64,000 bases of DNA from an uncultured bacterium (GTDB taxonomy: Bacteria; Gemmatimonadota; Gemmatimonadetes; Gemmatimonadales; Gemmatimonadaceae): positions 1 to 64,000 of the forward strand of contig CAXBQP010000004.1 of NCBI GenBank assembly GCA_963978095.1, given 5' to 3'. The stretch's first letter is position 1. Each line of letters begins with the position of its first letter. A program made the position numbers and the translations under genes. The notes below the pieces were generated by a model that did no database searches, had not been told where the DNA came from, and was given only the letters and a program-made list of their open reading frames with translations. This document shows positions 1 to 12,173 of the stretch, piece after piece.

Positions 1-327
1 GGGAGCAGCTTCAGTCGCAACAGGGGCCGGCGCCGCAGCGGGAGCGGCCGCGACAGCGGCAGGGGAAGTGGCCTCCGCCGGTGTGCCGGCACCTGCCTCG
101 TCGATTTCCCCCAGCGTATCATTCACCGCCACGACGTCGCCCTCGCCTTTGGCGCACGAGGCCAATCGGCCGGCTTTGAGCGCGGGCACTTCGACGGTAA
201 TCTTATCCGTCTCCAACTCCACCAACGTTTCGCCGGCGGCGATCGCGTCGCCCTCCTTCTTGAGCCACCGCGATACGGTAGCTTCGGTGATGGACTCTCC
301 GAGGGGCGGCACCTTGATGGCAATCAT
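1..327 (-). CDS. sucB: 2-oxoglutarate dehydrogenase E2 (dihydrolipoamide succinyltransferase), N-terminal lipoyl domain and linker; runs off the window start
   Basis: Absent from the ORF track (no stop in window). Manual translation from ATG 327: MIAIKVPPLGESITEATVSRWLKKEGD...VELETDKITVEVPA, with the lipoyl-lysine ETDK motif and an Ala/Pro linker. GESITEATV is typical of SucB. Confidence 0.85.
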   Translation of the reverse strand, partial: MIAIKVPPLGESITEATVSRWLKKEGDAIAAGETLVELETDKITVEVPALKAGRLASCAKGEGDVVAVNDTLGEIDEAGAGTPAEATSPAAVAAAPAAAPAPVATEAAP

Positions 328-462
328 TGCTGAGCGGACCGAAGTCGAGGGACGGGCGGGAAATGGCGAATCGGTGATGCGCCGCGTAACCCCGAAATAT
401 AACCTGCGCCGCTCCGGCCACTGCAGATTCTGCGCGGCGTTTCTCACGACCCACTTCAGAAC

Positions 463-1500
463 ATGCGTGCCCTGACGCTCACTGCCCACGGTGGACTGGA
501 CCAGATCACCGTCCGGTCCGATCTTCCCGACCCGGAGCTCGCTGGGCCGCGCGATGTGCGCGTGCGCCTCACGGCTGCCGCCCTCAACCGGCTCGATCTC
601 TTCGTGGTGGGCGGACTTCCGGGGCACGCGAACGCACCAGGCTGGGTCCTGGGCGCCGACGGAACGGGGCGGATCGATCGGTGCGGCGCCGAGGTCACGG
701 ACGTGAGCGTCGGTGACCGGGTGGTCATCAATCCGGGCGTCTCGTGCGGCAGCTGCGGCTACTGCCTGGCCGATCAGCAGCCCCTCTGTCTCAAGTTCGG
801 GGTGCTGGGTGAGCACCGCCCAGGGACATTCGCGGAATACGTCACGGTCCCGGCGACCAACGTGCAGCGGATCCCCGACTCCATTGACGATGCAACGGCG
901 GCCGCCTTCACGCTCGCGACGCTGACGGCGTGGCGCATGGTGCACACCCGGGCCCACGTGCAGGCCGGCGACACGGTGCTGGTCCAGGGGATCGGGGGCG
1001 GTGTGGCGATCGCCGCGCTGCAGATCTGCAAGCGGATCGGCGCTCGCGTGATCGTCACCTCAGGGTCCGACCACAAGCTGGCCCGCGCCATCGCGCTGGG
1101 TGCTGACGACACCATCAACTACCGGACCAGTGACGTGGCCCGCGAGGTGCGCGCCCGTACTGGCAAGCGTGGTGCCGACGTCGTCATCGACAGCGGCGGA
1201 ACCGACAGCTGGGCCGCCTCGCTCGGGAGTCTCGGACGCATGGGGCGCCTGGTCACCTGCGGCGGCAGCACCGGTCCGATGCTCCACACCGACGTGCGCA
1301 AGCTGTTCTGGAACCAGTGGTCGATCCTGGGCTCGACCATGGGCAGCCTCCCGGAGTTCGCGACGATCGTCGCCGAGTTGCGCGCCGGGCAGTTGCATCC
1401 GCCGGTGGATCGCGTCTTCGACCTGGCGGACGGTCGCGCCGCGTTCGAACACCTCGCCAGCGGTGCGCAGTTCGGCAAAGTCGTGTTGCGGATCGCGTGA
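463..1500 (+). CDS. Zinc-binding (MDR family) alcohol dehydrogenase / quinone oxidoreductase
   Basis: GroES-like N-terminus, structural Zn motif CGSCGYC...C, Rossmann GIGGGV, C-terminal QFGKVV. Confidence 0.9.
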   Translation: MRALTLTAHGGLDQITVRSDLPDPELAGPRDVRVRLTAAALNRLDLFVVGGLPGHANAPGWVLGADGTGRIDRCGAEVTDVSVGDRVVINPGVSCGSCGYCLADQQPLCLKFGVLGEHRPGTFAEYVTVPATNVQRIPDSIDDATAAAFTLATLTAWRMVHTRAHVQAGDTVLVQGIGGGVAIAALQICKRIGARVIVTSGSDHKLARAIALGADDTINYRTSDVAREVRARTGKRGADVVIDSGGTDSWAASLGSLGRMGRLVTCGGSTGPMLHTDVRKLFWNQWSILGSTMGSLPEFATIVAELRAGQLHPPVDRVFDLADGRAAFEHLASGAQFGKVVLRIA

Positions 1501-1721
1501 CCGACGCGGCTCAGTACACCCGGGAGGAACAGGCCGCCGTTCGCGCCACGGTCGCGGCGGGCGGCACGCCGGCGTGTCCCCGCTGTACCGTCGCCATGAC
1601 CGTTCGGCAGATCGGTGGCGGAAGCTTCGGGCTCGGCTATGCCCGACAGCGCGAGTGGCTGATCTGTCCCGCGTGTCACCGTAGCGCGCTGTTCGACGTG
1701 AAGCGCGGGACACGGAACTAG
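1497..1721 (+). CDS. Small 74-aa zinc-ribbon protein (CPRC...CPAC)
   Basis: GTG at 1497 overlaps the upstream TGA (GTGA). Protein MTDAAQYTREEQ...CPRC...WLICPACHRS has two CxxC pairs. Confidence 0.7.
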   Translation: MTDAAQYTREEQAAVRATVAAGGTPACPRCTVAMTVRQIGGGSFGLGYARQREWLICPACHRSALFDVKRGTRN

Positions 1722-1799
1722 CCCGTCAGACACGGCGGCCCCACCGTCGCGTTGGAACCTCACGGCCCCTTGAATCGTCTTCTGGGGTAGCATCTGGTC

Positions 1800-2972
1800 A
1801 TGCCTTCACTCCGCCCTTCGATCTTTCATATGACAGTATCCATCGGTCGCGCCTTCCGGCGGCAATCCCGTGCCGCGTGGGCCATCGTGACCGCGGCGGC
1901 GATGTTCGGCGCGCCCCTCATGGCCCAGCAGCCGGTTGCATCGCCTGCCGTCCCTGCCCCGGTCGTGACGGCCCCGACCGCCGAGCTCAACCGCGCCTTC
2001 GTGCGCGATCAGACCTGGCTCGGGGCGCTCGTGTACGGCCCGTCGTTCGCCACGACCGTCACCTCGGATCCCCTCGGGTGGACCGCCGGATATCTCGTGA
2101 TGACCGGCGGGTCCTTCTTCGCGGCGGCGGAGCTCTCGCGTGACATGACCATCACCGAACCGATGCGGCGGTTGGCGAATGGCGCCGCGCTCCACGGGGC
2201 GGTGGGAGCACTGCTGGTCGGCGGCATCTCGAACGCGGGGGCCAAGACGACTGCCGGGGCGATGTTCCTCGGCTCGATGGGTGGTACGGCGCTCGCGCTC
2301 TCGGCGGGCAAAGGCGTGACGGACGACGAGGTCGCGGGGGCGCTCTTCGGCGCCGATGCCGGTGCATTGGCCGGACTCGGTGCCTCGCGGGCGATGGGCA
2401 CTGCCTCGACCCGTGGCGATCCCGACCGCGGGGCCGCGATCGCTGCCCTGGCCGGGATGCTGGTCGGCGCCCCGTTGGGCGGCGCCTACGTGGCGAGCGT
2501 GCCGTATCGCGTGACGGCCGGTGACGTGGGCACGATGTGGTCGAGCGCCGCGATCGGGGCCACCGCGGCCTACGCTGCCGTGGCGAACTCGCAGCCGACG
2601 CAGGCGACGCAATCCGGCGTCCTTCTCGCCGGCGGCGCGCTGGGGTTGCTCGCGGGTGATCGCTGGATGGTACGGCGCTACGATCACACCCGTGCCGACG
2701 CCCAGATGGTCTCGCTCGGCGCAGCGGCGGGCGGGCTCATGGGGGCGGGCGTGAGTGTGCTGACCGGGGCCTCAAAAGAGCGGTTCAGCGCGGCCACGGC
2801 CGCGCTCACGGCCGCGGGCGCCCTCGGCGGAGTCGTGATGGCGGAGCGGTTCGTCACCCCCTTGGCGGATGCCGGGCGGAAGATTGGTCGGCTCGAGGTG
2901 CATCCCGAGGGCGTACTCGCCACCGCCATGCGGACGCCGGGCGCCCATACGCTTCTGCAGTGGACCTTCTAG
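1800..2972 (+). CDS. Hypothetical Gly/Ala-rich membrane protein with signal peptide
   Basis: Signal-like N-terminus (LMA-QQ), many GxxxG hydrophobic helices, C-terminus LLQWTF. TAGCAT lies 6 nt before the ATG. Confidence 0.7.
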   Translation: MPSLRPSIFHMTVSIGRAFRRQSRAAWAIVTAAAMFGAPLMAQQPVASPAVPAPVVTAPTAELNRAFVRDQTWLGALVYGPSFATTVTSDPLGWTAGYLVMTGGSFFAAAELSRDMTITEPMRRLANGAALHGAVGALLVGGISNAGAKTTAGAMFLGSMGGTALALSAGKGVTDDEVAGALFGADAGALAGLGASRAMGTASTRGDPDRGAAIAALAGMLVGAPLGGAYVASVPYRVTAGDVGTMWSSAAIGATAAYAAVANSQPTQATQSGVLLAGGALGLLAGDRWMVRRYDHTRADAQMVSLGAAAGGLMGAGVSVLTGASKERFSAATAALTAAGALGGVVMAERFVTPLADAGRKIGRLEVHPEGVLATAMRTPGAHTLLQWTF

Positions 2973-2983
2973 ATTTCCCTATC

Positions 2984-3751
2984 GTGAATACCACTGAAAC
3001 GTTCGCCCAGCGGCTCCAGCAGAGCCTCGCCCAGTTGTGGGAGTTCATTCCTGCGTTGCTCGGCGCGGCCGCGGTGCTCGTCCTGGGATACCTGTTGGCC
3101 AAGCTCGTGCAAAAGGGCGCCACACGGTTGCTTCGCCGCACGAAACTCAATGATGTGCTCCGTCGCGGCGGCGTGATGCAGGCGCTGGACCGCTCCGGGA
3201 CGCACTTCAATCCCGCGCGCGTGATCGCGAATCTGCTGTTCTGGTTCGTGATGTTCACGGTCGTGCTCGTCGCGGCCAACGCGCTGGGTCTCGACTCCCT
3301 TGGGCAGGTGCTCAGCGAGCTCGTGAGCTACATCCCGAGTGTGATCGCCGCGATCGTCATCGTGATCCTCGGCATCGTGCTCGGCGATTTCGTCGCGGGA
3401 CTGATCCTGGCGAGCACCGGCACGTTGCATGGCGGTCCGACGCTGGCCCGCGCGGGCAAGGGCGGGGTGATCTTGCTGGCCGTGTTCATGTCGCTTCAGG
3501 AACTCGGGGTCGCCACCGACATCGTGACGACCGCCTTCGCGATCATCTTCGGGGCCATCGCATTGGCGCTGTCACTGTCCTTCGGGCTCGGCAATCGCGA
3601 ACTCGCGGGTGAGGTGACACGCGCGTGGTATGAGCGCTACAAGGCCGAGCGCGATGCCATTGAAGCCGGGTCCAAGAGCGAGGACGTCGCGGACGGCCTC
3701 GAAGATTCGGCGCCCGCCTCCGACGTCGCCCCGACGCGACCGACGGTGTAG
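2984..3751 (+). CDS. CmpX/MscS-associated TM-helix repeat membrane protein
   Basis: Two repeats of the FIPALLGA/YIPSVIAA helix motif and C-terminal LSFGLGNRELAG. Probable GTG start at 2984. Confidence 0.8.
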   Translation: MNTTETFAQRLQQSLAQLWEFIPALLGAAAVLVLGYLLAKLVQKGATRLLRRTKLNDVLRRGGVMQALDRSGTHFNPARVIANLLFWFVMFTVVLVAANALGLDSLGQVLSELVSYIPSVIAAIVIVILGIVLGDFVAGLILASTGTLHGGPTLARAGKGGVILLAVFMSLQELGVATDIVTTAFAIIFGAIALALSLSFGLGNRELAGEVTRAWYERYKAERDAIEAGSKSEDVADGLEDSAPASDVAPTRPTV

Positions 3752-3779
3752 GCGAGCCGCGGGATGTGCTGGTCGCCGC

Positions 3780-3815
3780 CGCGCCGCCGGGTTCCCCGGC
3801 GGCGCGCTGTTTTTT
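3780..3815 (+). terminator. Rho-independent terminator
   Basis: CGCGCCGCCGGG-TTC-CCCGGCGGCGCG 12-bp stem followed by CTGTTTTTT. Confidence 0.85.
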
Positions 3816-3942
3816 GGGTCCCGCAAGGGCTTGCACAGCAACGCTTTAGCGGCTGGAAAAACGGTTGTGTTCTTGGCTCCCCGGCGAGTAGATTTCTGGG
3901 TTGGCTGCACAGGTCGAAGAACCCCCATTTTCGCCCCGATCA

Positions 3943-6465
<2,523 letters not shown>

Positions 6466-6491
6466 CCGAACGCCGAACCAGGACCACGGAC

Positions 6492-7862
6492 ATGACGACG
6501 ATCGCCTCGAGTACCAGCGCACTGACCGCGCTTCTCCACGCCCCGCTCGAGGCGCCGCCGGCGCTCGACTCGCTGTGGATGCCCTTCACGAACAATCGGG
6601 CGTTCAAGCAGGCGCCGAGGATCCTCGTCTCGGCCAAGGACATGCACTACACCGACGCCGATGGCCGCCAAGTGCTCGATGGCGTCGCCGGGCTCTGGTG
6701 CGTGAATGCCGGCCACTGCCGCGCGCCGATCGCCGAGGCGATCGCGACGGCCGCGCGCACGCTGGACTATGCACCCCCGTTCCAGATGGGACATTCGCTC
6801 GCGTTCGCGCTGGCGGAACGGGTGGCCGAGATGCTCCCAGGTGATCTCGATCACGTCTTCTTCACGAATTCGGGGAGCGAGGCGGTCGACACCGCGCTCA
6901 AGATCGCGCTGGCGTACCATCAGGCGCGCGGCGATGCCAAGCGCGTGCGCTTCGTCGGGCGGCAGCGCGGCTACCATGGCGTCGGCTTCGGCGGGATCTC
7001 CGTCGGTGGCATCCCGACCAACGCCAAGCAGTTCGCCGCGCAGTTGCTGCCGTCGGTGGATCACCTGGTGCATACGCATGATCTGGCGCGGAACGCCTTC
7101 AGCAAGGGACAGCCGCAGCACGGCGCCGAGTTGGCGGACGATCTCGAGCGCGTGATCGCGGAGCGCGGGGGCGACACGATTGCCGCGGTGATCGTGGAAC
7201 CGGTGGCCGGTTCCACCGGCGTGCTGATTCCGCCCGTGGGCTACCTCGACCGTCTGCGCGCGATCTGCGACGCGCACGGCATCCTGTTGATCTTCGACGA
7301 GGTCATCACCGGATTCGGTCGGACCGGCTCGGCGTTCGGTGCCACGCGGTTCAACGTGTTGCCAGACCTCATCTGCGCGGCCAAGGGGATCACCAACGGG
7401 AGCGTGCCGATGGGTGCGGTCTTCGCCCGCCACATGATCTATGACACGGTGGTCCACGGTGCGCCGGCGGGAATCGAACTCTTCCATGGCTACACCTATT
7501 CGGGGCATCCGCTCGCGGCAGCCGCGGGGCTGGCGACGCTCGATCTGTACGAGGAGGAGGGACTCTTCCAGCGCGCGGCTGATCTCGCGCCGCAATGGGA
7601 ACGTGCCGTGCATTCGCTGCGTGGACGCCAGCACGTCATCGACGTCCGCAACATCGGACTCGTGGGCGCGGTGGAGCTCGAACCGCGTGACGGCAAACCC
7701 GGGACACGTGCCTTCGACGTCTTCACCGACTGCTTCAAGCGTGGTGTCCTCGTGCGGCAGACGGGCGACATCATCGCCCTCTCGCCGCCGCTCATCATCG
7801 AGCCGGCGCAGATGCAGGAGATCGTGGGGGTGCTGGGAGAGGCGATCGACGCGGTGGCCTGA
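6492..7862 (+). CDS. Class III aminotransferase (omega-amino acid/beta-alanine:pyruvate type)
   Basis: LWMPFT, GLWCVNAGH, NSGSEA, FDEVITGFGR, AKGITNG (PLP lysine), FHGYTYSGHP. Confidence 0.9.
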   Translation: MTTIASSTSALTALLHAPLEAPPALDSLWMPFTNNRAFKQAPRILVSAKDMHYTDADGRQVLDGVAGLWCVNAGHCRAPIAEAIATAARTLDYAPPFQMGHSLAFALAERVAEMLPGDLDHVFFTNSGSEAVDTALKIALAYHQARGDAKRVRFVGRQRGYHGVGFGGISVGGIPTNAKQFAAQLLPSVDHLVHTHDLARNAFSKGQPQHGAELADDLERVIAERGGDTIAAVIVEPVAGSTGVLIPPVGYLDRLRAICDAHGILLIFDEVITGFGRTGSAFGATRFNVLPDLICAAKGITNGSVPMGAVFARHMIYDTVVHGAPAGIELFHGYTYSGHPLAAAAGLATLDLYEEEGLFQRAADLAPQWERAVHSLRGRQHVIDVRNIGLVGAVELEPRDGKPGTRAFDVFTDCFKRGVLVRQTGDIIALSPPLIIEPAQMQEIVGVLGEAIDAVA

Positions 7863-7883
7863 CGCCGCGCGTACGAGAACATC

Positions 7884-8870
7884 ATGACCACCACCTTGAC
7901 CCCTGCACTCGTTTCGCTCGACGATATCCGTCGCGCCGCTGTGGCCCTCCAAGGGGTCGCGGTGCGGACGCCGCTCCTGCGTTCCGATGCGCTCGAGGCG
8001 CATGCCGGCGTCCCCGTCTATCTCAAGCCGGAGATGCTGCAGCGCGGCGGCGCGTTCAAGTTCCGCGGCGCCTACTGGTTCGTCTCCCAGCTGTCCGCCG
8101 AGGAGCGGGCGCGCGGCTTGGTGGCCCCATCCTCCGGCAATCATGGTCAGGCCGTCGCATTCGCGGCGCGCCTCTTCGGTACCACGGCGACGATCGTCAT
8201 GCCCACCACGGCCACGCGTGCCAAGCGTGACGGGGCGGAACGGCTGGGTGCCGCGGTCGAACTCGCGGGCACGACGAGCGCGGAACGCATGGCGCGCGCC
8301 ATCGAGATCTGCGCCGCGACTGGTGCCACGATGGTGCCGCCCTACGATCATCCGTGGATCATCGAGGGCCAAGGGACACTCGGTCTCGAGATCGGCGAGG
8401 ATCTGCCGGAGGTCGGCACCGTGATCGTGCAGGTCGGCGGTGGCGGCCTCTCGTCCGGCGTTGCCGCAGCCATCAAGGGACTCGCGCCCCAGGCCCGCGT
8501 GATCGGCGTCGAACCCGAAGGCTCGCCGAAATTGAGCAAGGCGCGCGCTGCGGGTGAGCCGGTGAATATCCCGCCGAATCCCACCGGACTCGCCGACGGA
8601 CTCCTCGCGGTCCGCATCGGCGCGCTCCCGTTCGCGCATCATCAGCGGTACATGGACGAAGTCGTGACGGTGCCCGACGCGGCACTCCTCACCGCGATGC
8701 GATTCCTCTTGGATCGCCAGAAACTGGTGGCAGAGCCCAGCGGCGCGATCGCCGTGGCGGCACTCCTCGAGGGCTTGGTGAAACCCGAGGGGCCGACGGT
8801 GTGTGTGTTGTCGGGCGGGAACATCGAGTGGGATGGCCTGCAGGAGCTCCTTGGAGGGCGGCACGCGTGA
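7884..8870 (+). CDS. PLP-dependent threonine/serine dehydratase (serine racemase-like)
   Basis: KPEMLQRGGAFKFRGA, SSGNHGQ, VGGGGL, AEPSGA, LSGGN; no ACT domain. Confidence 0.9.
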   Translation: MTTTLTPALVSLDDIRRAAVALQGVAVRTPLLRSDALEAHAGVPVYLKPEMLQRGGAFKFRGAYWFVSQLSAEERARGLVAPSSGNHGQAVAFAARLFGTTATIVMPTTATRAKRDGAERLGAAVELAGTTSAERMARAIEICAATGATMVPPYDHPWIIEGQGTLGLEIGEDLPEVGTVIVQVGGGGLSSGVAAAIKGLAPQARVIGVEPEGSPKLSKARAAGEPVNIPPNPTGLADGLLAVRIGALPFAHHQRYMDEVVTVPDAALLTAMRFLLDRQKLVAEPSGAIAVAALLEGLVKPEGPTVCVLSGGNIEWDGLQELLGGRHA

Positions 8871-9949
8871 AACTCCGCTGCCCGACGTGCGGTACGCTGT
8901 ACGAAGGGGACGCGAAGTTCTGCGCCAAGGATGGCGGGCGCCTCTTGCCGGTCGGTGGGGCCCCTGTGGCGCCGGCGGCCGGGCCGGGAGCAACCGCGCC
9001 GCGAGCGGCCGCTGAGGGGGCGCCGAAGAAGGAGCTCCGGCACTCGAGCATGGCGGGGCAGGTGCTCGACGGCCGGTATCAGATCGTCAAGAAGGTGGGC
9101 GAAGGGGGAATGTCGTTCGTGTATCTCGCGCACGACATCTCCACCAACGAACGCTACGCCATCAAGATTCTGTCGCCAGGGCTCGCCGAGGACACCAACG
9201 CCATGGCGCGGCTCCGCCGCGAAGCGTCGCTCGGCATTCGTCTCGAGCATCCCAATGTCTGTCACATCGTGCGCATGGGCGAGACCGAGGATGGGCTGGT
9301 GTACGTGGTCATGCCCTTCGTCGAGGGCGAGGTGCTCAGCGATCGCAACAATCGCCTTGGCGTCATTCCGCTGGCCCAGGTGGTGGTCTGGGTCAACGAA
9401 ATCGGGGCGGGTTTGCAGGTAGCGCATGATCTCAAGATCATTCATCGTGATCTCAAGCCCGAGAACATCATGATCTGCGCGCGCGCCGACGGGACCGAAT
9501 CCGCGGTCGTGATGGACTTCGGTCTTGCCAAGGAGCGCCGCTCCGGCGCCGAGCTCGAGAAGCTGACCGCCACCGGGATCATCCTCGGCACTCCGGAGTT
9601 CATGAGTCCCGAGCAGCTGCGCGGCAAGACGCTCGATGCGCGCACCGACGTGTATTCGCTGGCGCTCATGACCTACGAGATGCTCACCGGGAAGCTGCCG
9701 TTCGACGGGCGCAATCAGCAGGAACTGATGATCGCGCGGTTGCGTGCCGAGCCCATTCCGTTGCGGGAACGTCGCCCCGAGTTGGACTTGCCGGAGGCGG
9801 TCGAGCAGGTGCTGCTGCGGGCGATGGCACGTGATCCCGATGCCCGGCCCGCGTCGACGGTGGAGTTCGCCCGGGAGTTCGCGGCGGCCGCGCACCCGCG
9901 CACATCACCATCGGCGGGCGGCCTGCTGGGCAAATTGTTCAGACGCTGA
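8867..9949 (+). CDS. Hanks-type Ser/Thr protein kinase with N-terminal zinc ribbon, cytoplasmic
   Basis: GTGA overlap with the dehydratase. CPTC...FCAKDG, GEGGMSFVY, HRDLKPEN, DFG, GTPEFMSPE; no TM segment. Confidence 0.92.
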   Translation: MKLRCPTCGTLYEGDAKFCAKDGGRLLPVGGAPVAPAAGPGATAPRAAAEGAPKKELRHSSMAGQVLDGRYQIVKKVGEGGMSFVYLAHDISTNERYAIKILSPGLAEDTNAMARLRREASLGIRLEHPNVCHIVRMGETEDGLVYVVMPFVEGEVLSDRNNRLGVIPLAQVVVWVNEIGAGLQVAHDLKIIHRDLKPENIMICARADGTESAVVMDFGLAKERRSGAELEKLTATGIILGTPEFMSPEQLRGKTLDARTDVYSLALMTYEMLTGKLPFDGRNQQELMIARLRAEPIPLRERRPELDLPEAVEQVLLRAMARDPDARPASTVEFAREFAAAAHPRTSPSAGGLLGKLFRR

Positions 9950-9967
9950 AGCGAGGACTCGACGTCG

Positions 9968-11611
9968 ATGATGCGCCATCTGATCGGAGCCATGATGCTC
10001 GCCAACGCGGCCTGGGCGCAGGGCGGCCCGCCGAGCATGGGGACACCGATCCGTCCGTTCCACGTGGCGAACTACGATCTGGCTGTCGATCTTCCGGAGA
10101 CCGGCAAGACCATCGCCGGGAATGCGGTGCTGAGTGTCGAGCGCCTCGGGCCCGGGGACACCCTGCGACTCGATCTGCTGGATCTCACCGTGACCAGTGT
10201 CACGCTCGACGGGCGAACGGTCGGTTTCGTGCACGACGCCGGCCAGCTGCGCATCCCGGTGGCCGCGACGGCCGCCCGGTTCACAGTGGCGGTGCGCTAC
10301 GGCGGCGCCGTGACCGATGGACTGATCATCGGCACCGACAGTGCCGGGCGATGGATGGCCTTCGGCGACAACTGGCCGAATCGCGCCCGTCGTTGGATTC
10401 CGTCCATCGATCATCCCTCGGACAAAGCCACGGTCTCGTGGACGGTCAAGGCACCGAGCGATCGCCGGGTGATCGCGAACGGATCCCTTCTGGAAGAGAC
10501 GCCGCTCCCGACGCCGCGCGACCCTGACGGATCGGCCGGGCGCCCCGTGAGTTGGACGATCACCCGCTGGCGGGAGTCGCGACCGATCCCCGCCTATTTG
10601 ATGGTGATCGCGGCGGCCCCGCTGGTACGATACGAACTGGGGACCACCGCATGCGGCGTCGCCGAGTTTCCCGGCTGCGTCCCGCAGCAGCTGTACGTGG
10701 CGCCGGAGCAACGGCACATGGCGCCCGGCGAGTTCGCGCGCGCCGGCGACATCGTCGGGTTCTTCGGGCGTCTCGTGGGTCCGTTTCCGTACGAGAAGCT
10801 GTCGCATCTGCAGAGCACCACGCGCTTCGGCGGCATGGAGAACGCGAGTGCGATTTTCTACGATGACAAGATATTCCGCCGCAAAGGGGCGGATGCCGGC
10901 TTGATCGCCCATGAGACCGCGCATCAATGGTTCGGCGATGCCGTGACGGAGCGTGAATGGGGACACCTGTGGTTGTCCGAGGGGTTCGCCACCTATTTCT
11001 CGGCGCTCTACCTCGGACACGCATTCGGTGACACGGCGCTCGTGGGGCATCTGCGGCGCGACCGCGACGGGCTCGTGAAAAGCGCCAACGTCGCCACGCG
11101 GCCGGTCATCGACAGCACCCAGACGAACTTGATGGCCTTGCTGAATGACAACAGTTACCAGAAGGGCGGTTGGGTCCTCCACATGCTGCGGCAGGAAGTC
11201 GGTGACAGCGCGTTCTTTGGTGGCATCCGAGACTACTGGGCCGCGCACAAGCACGCCACCGCGGTGAGCGATGACCTGCGCGCGGCAGTGGAGAAGCGCG
11301 CGGGGCGGGATCTGCGATGGTTCTTCGATCAGTGGCTGCGACGCCCCGGTGTCGCCGACGTGACCACGTCCTGGCGCTACGACGCCGCCAAGCACGAACT
11401 GCACGTGGTGGTGGAGCAGGGCAGTCGAGTCGCGCCCTATCGACTGAAGCTTCCGGTGCAAGTGACCGATGCGGCCGGGGCGACGCGGACGCAGGTCCTC
11501 GAGATCGGGGCGCAGGTGCGCTCCGAGCGCGTGATCCCTCTGGCGACCGCACCGAGCGCCGTGGTGGTGGACCCCGGTGTGACGGTGCTCGGAGCGTTCT
11601 CCGCGAAGTAG
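9968..11611 (+). CDS. Secreted M1 family aminopeptidase
   Basis: Signal peptide, GGMEN, HETAHQWFG...WLSEGFA, YQKG. Confidence 0.93.
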   Translation: MMRHLIGAMMLANAAWAQGGPPSMGTPIRPFHVANYDLAVDLPETGKTIAGNAVLSVERLGPGDTLRLDLLDLTVTSVTLDGRTVGFVHDAGQLRIPVAATAARFTVAVRYGGAVTDGLIIGTDSAGRWMAFGDNWPNRARRWIPSIDHPSDKATVSWTVKAPSDRRVIANGSLLEETPLPTPRDPDGSAGRPVSWTITRWRESRPIPAYLMVIAAAPLVRYELGTTACGVAEFPGCVPQQLYVAPEQRHMAPGEFARAGDIVGFFGRLVGPFPYEKLSHLQSTTRFGGMENASAIFYDDKIFRRKGADAGLIAHETAHQWFGDAVTEREWGHLWLSEGFATYFSALYLGHAFGDTALVGHLRRDRDGLVKSANVATRPVIDSTQTNLMALLNDNSYQKGGWVLHMLRQEVGDSAFFGGIRDYWAAHKHATAVSDDLRAAVEKRAGRDLRWFFDQWLRRPGVADVTTSWRYDAAKHELHVVVEQGSRVAPYRLKLPVQVTDAAGATRTQVLEIGAQVRSERVIPLATAPSAVVVDPGVTVLGAFSAK

Positions 11612-11642
11612 CCGGTCACCGTCATCGTATCATGATGACCGG

Positions 11643-12089
11643 TTACCATCCCCATTGCCGCAGCTCGACCTGCAGACAGCGGTCCTGGACGACCCGGATA
11701 CCCGACTGAGCCAGTTGCCGGGCTGCCGCATCATGGCGGATCCCGAGCTGGAACCAGACGGCATGCGGACGCGCGGCGATGATGTCATCGAGGTGCGCGG
11801 GGATATCCGTGGGGCGACGAAACACCGTCACCAGATCGACGCGGTCCGGGATCTCCCGGAGGGAGCGGTACACCGGTGCCCCGAGGAGATGCGTGACCTC
11901 GGGGTAGTAGATCGGGACCGGGATGATCGTGAATCCCTGCGACTGCGCGTAGGCGGGCACATAGTTCGCCGGCACGTCGGGATCGGTTCCGTCCTTGATC
12001 CCCAGCACCGCGATGGACCGCACGCGGTTGAGCAGCTCGCCGATGCCATCCTCGTGCTCGATCAAACGATGCGCCCAGGGTTCGGTCAT
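11643..12089 (-). CDS. CoA-binding protein (YccU-like)
   Basis: IAVLG, VDLVTVFRR, AVWFQLGI, VVQDRC. Confidence 0.9.
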   Translation of the reverse strand: MTEPWAHRLIEHEDGIGELLNRVRSIAVLGIKDGTDPDVPANYVPAYAQSQGFTIIPVPIYYPEVTHLLGAPVYRSLREIPDRVDLVTVFRRPTDIPAHLDDIIAARPHAVWFQLGIRHDAAARQLAQSGIRVVQDRCLQVELRQWGW

Positions 12090-12173
12090 GTGCTAACCTT
12101 AGCGGCGCGAACCGGCTAAATTGCAGGGGCAGACTGCAACTTCTCGACGGACCACCTCACGGACGGATTCCTC

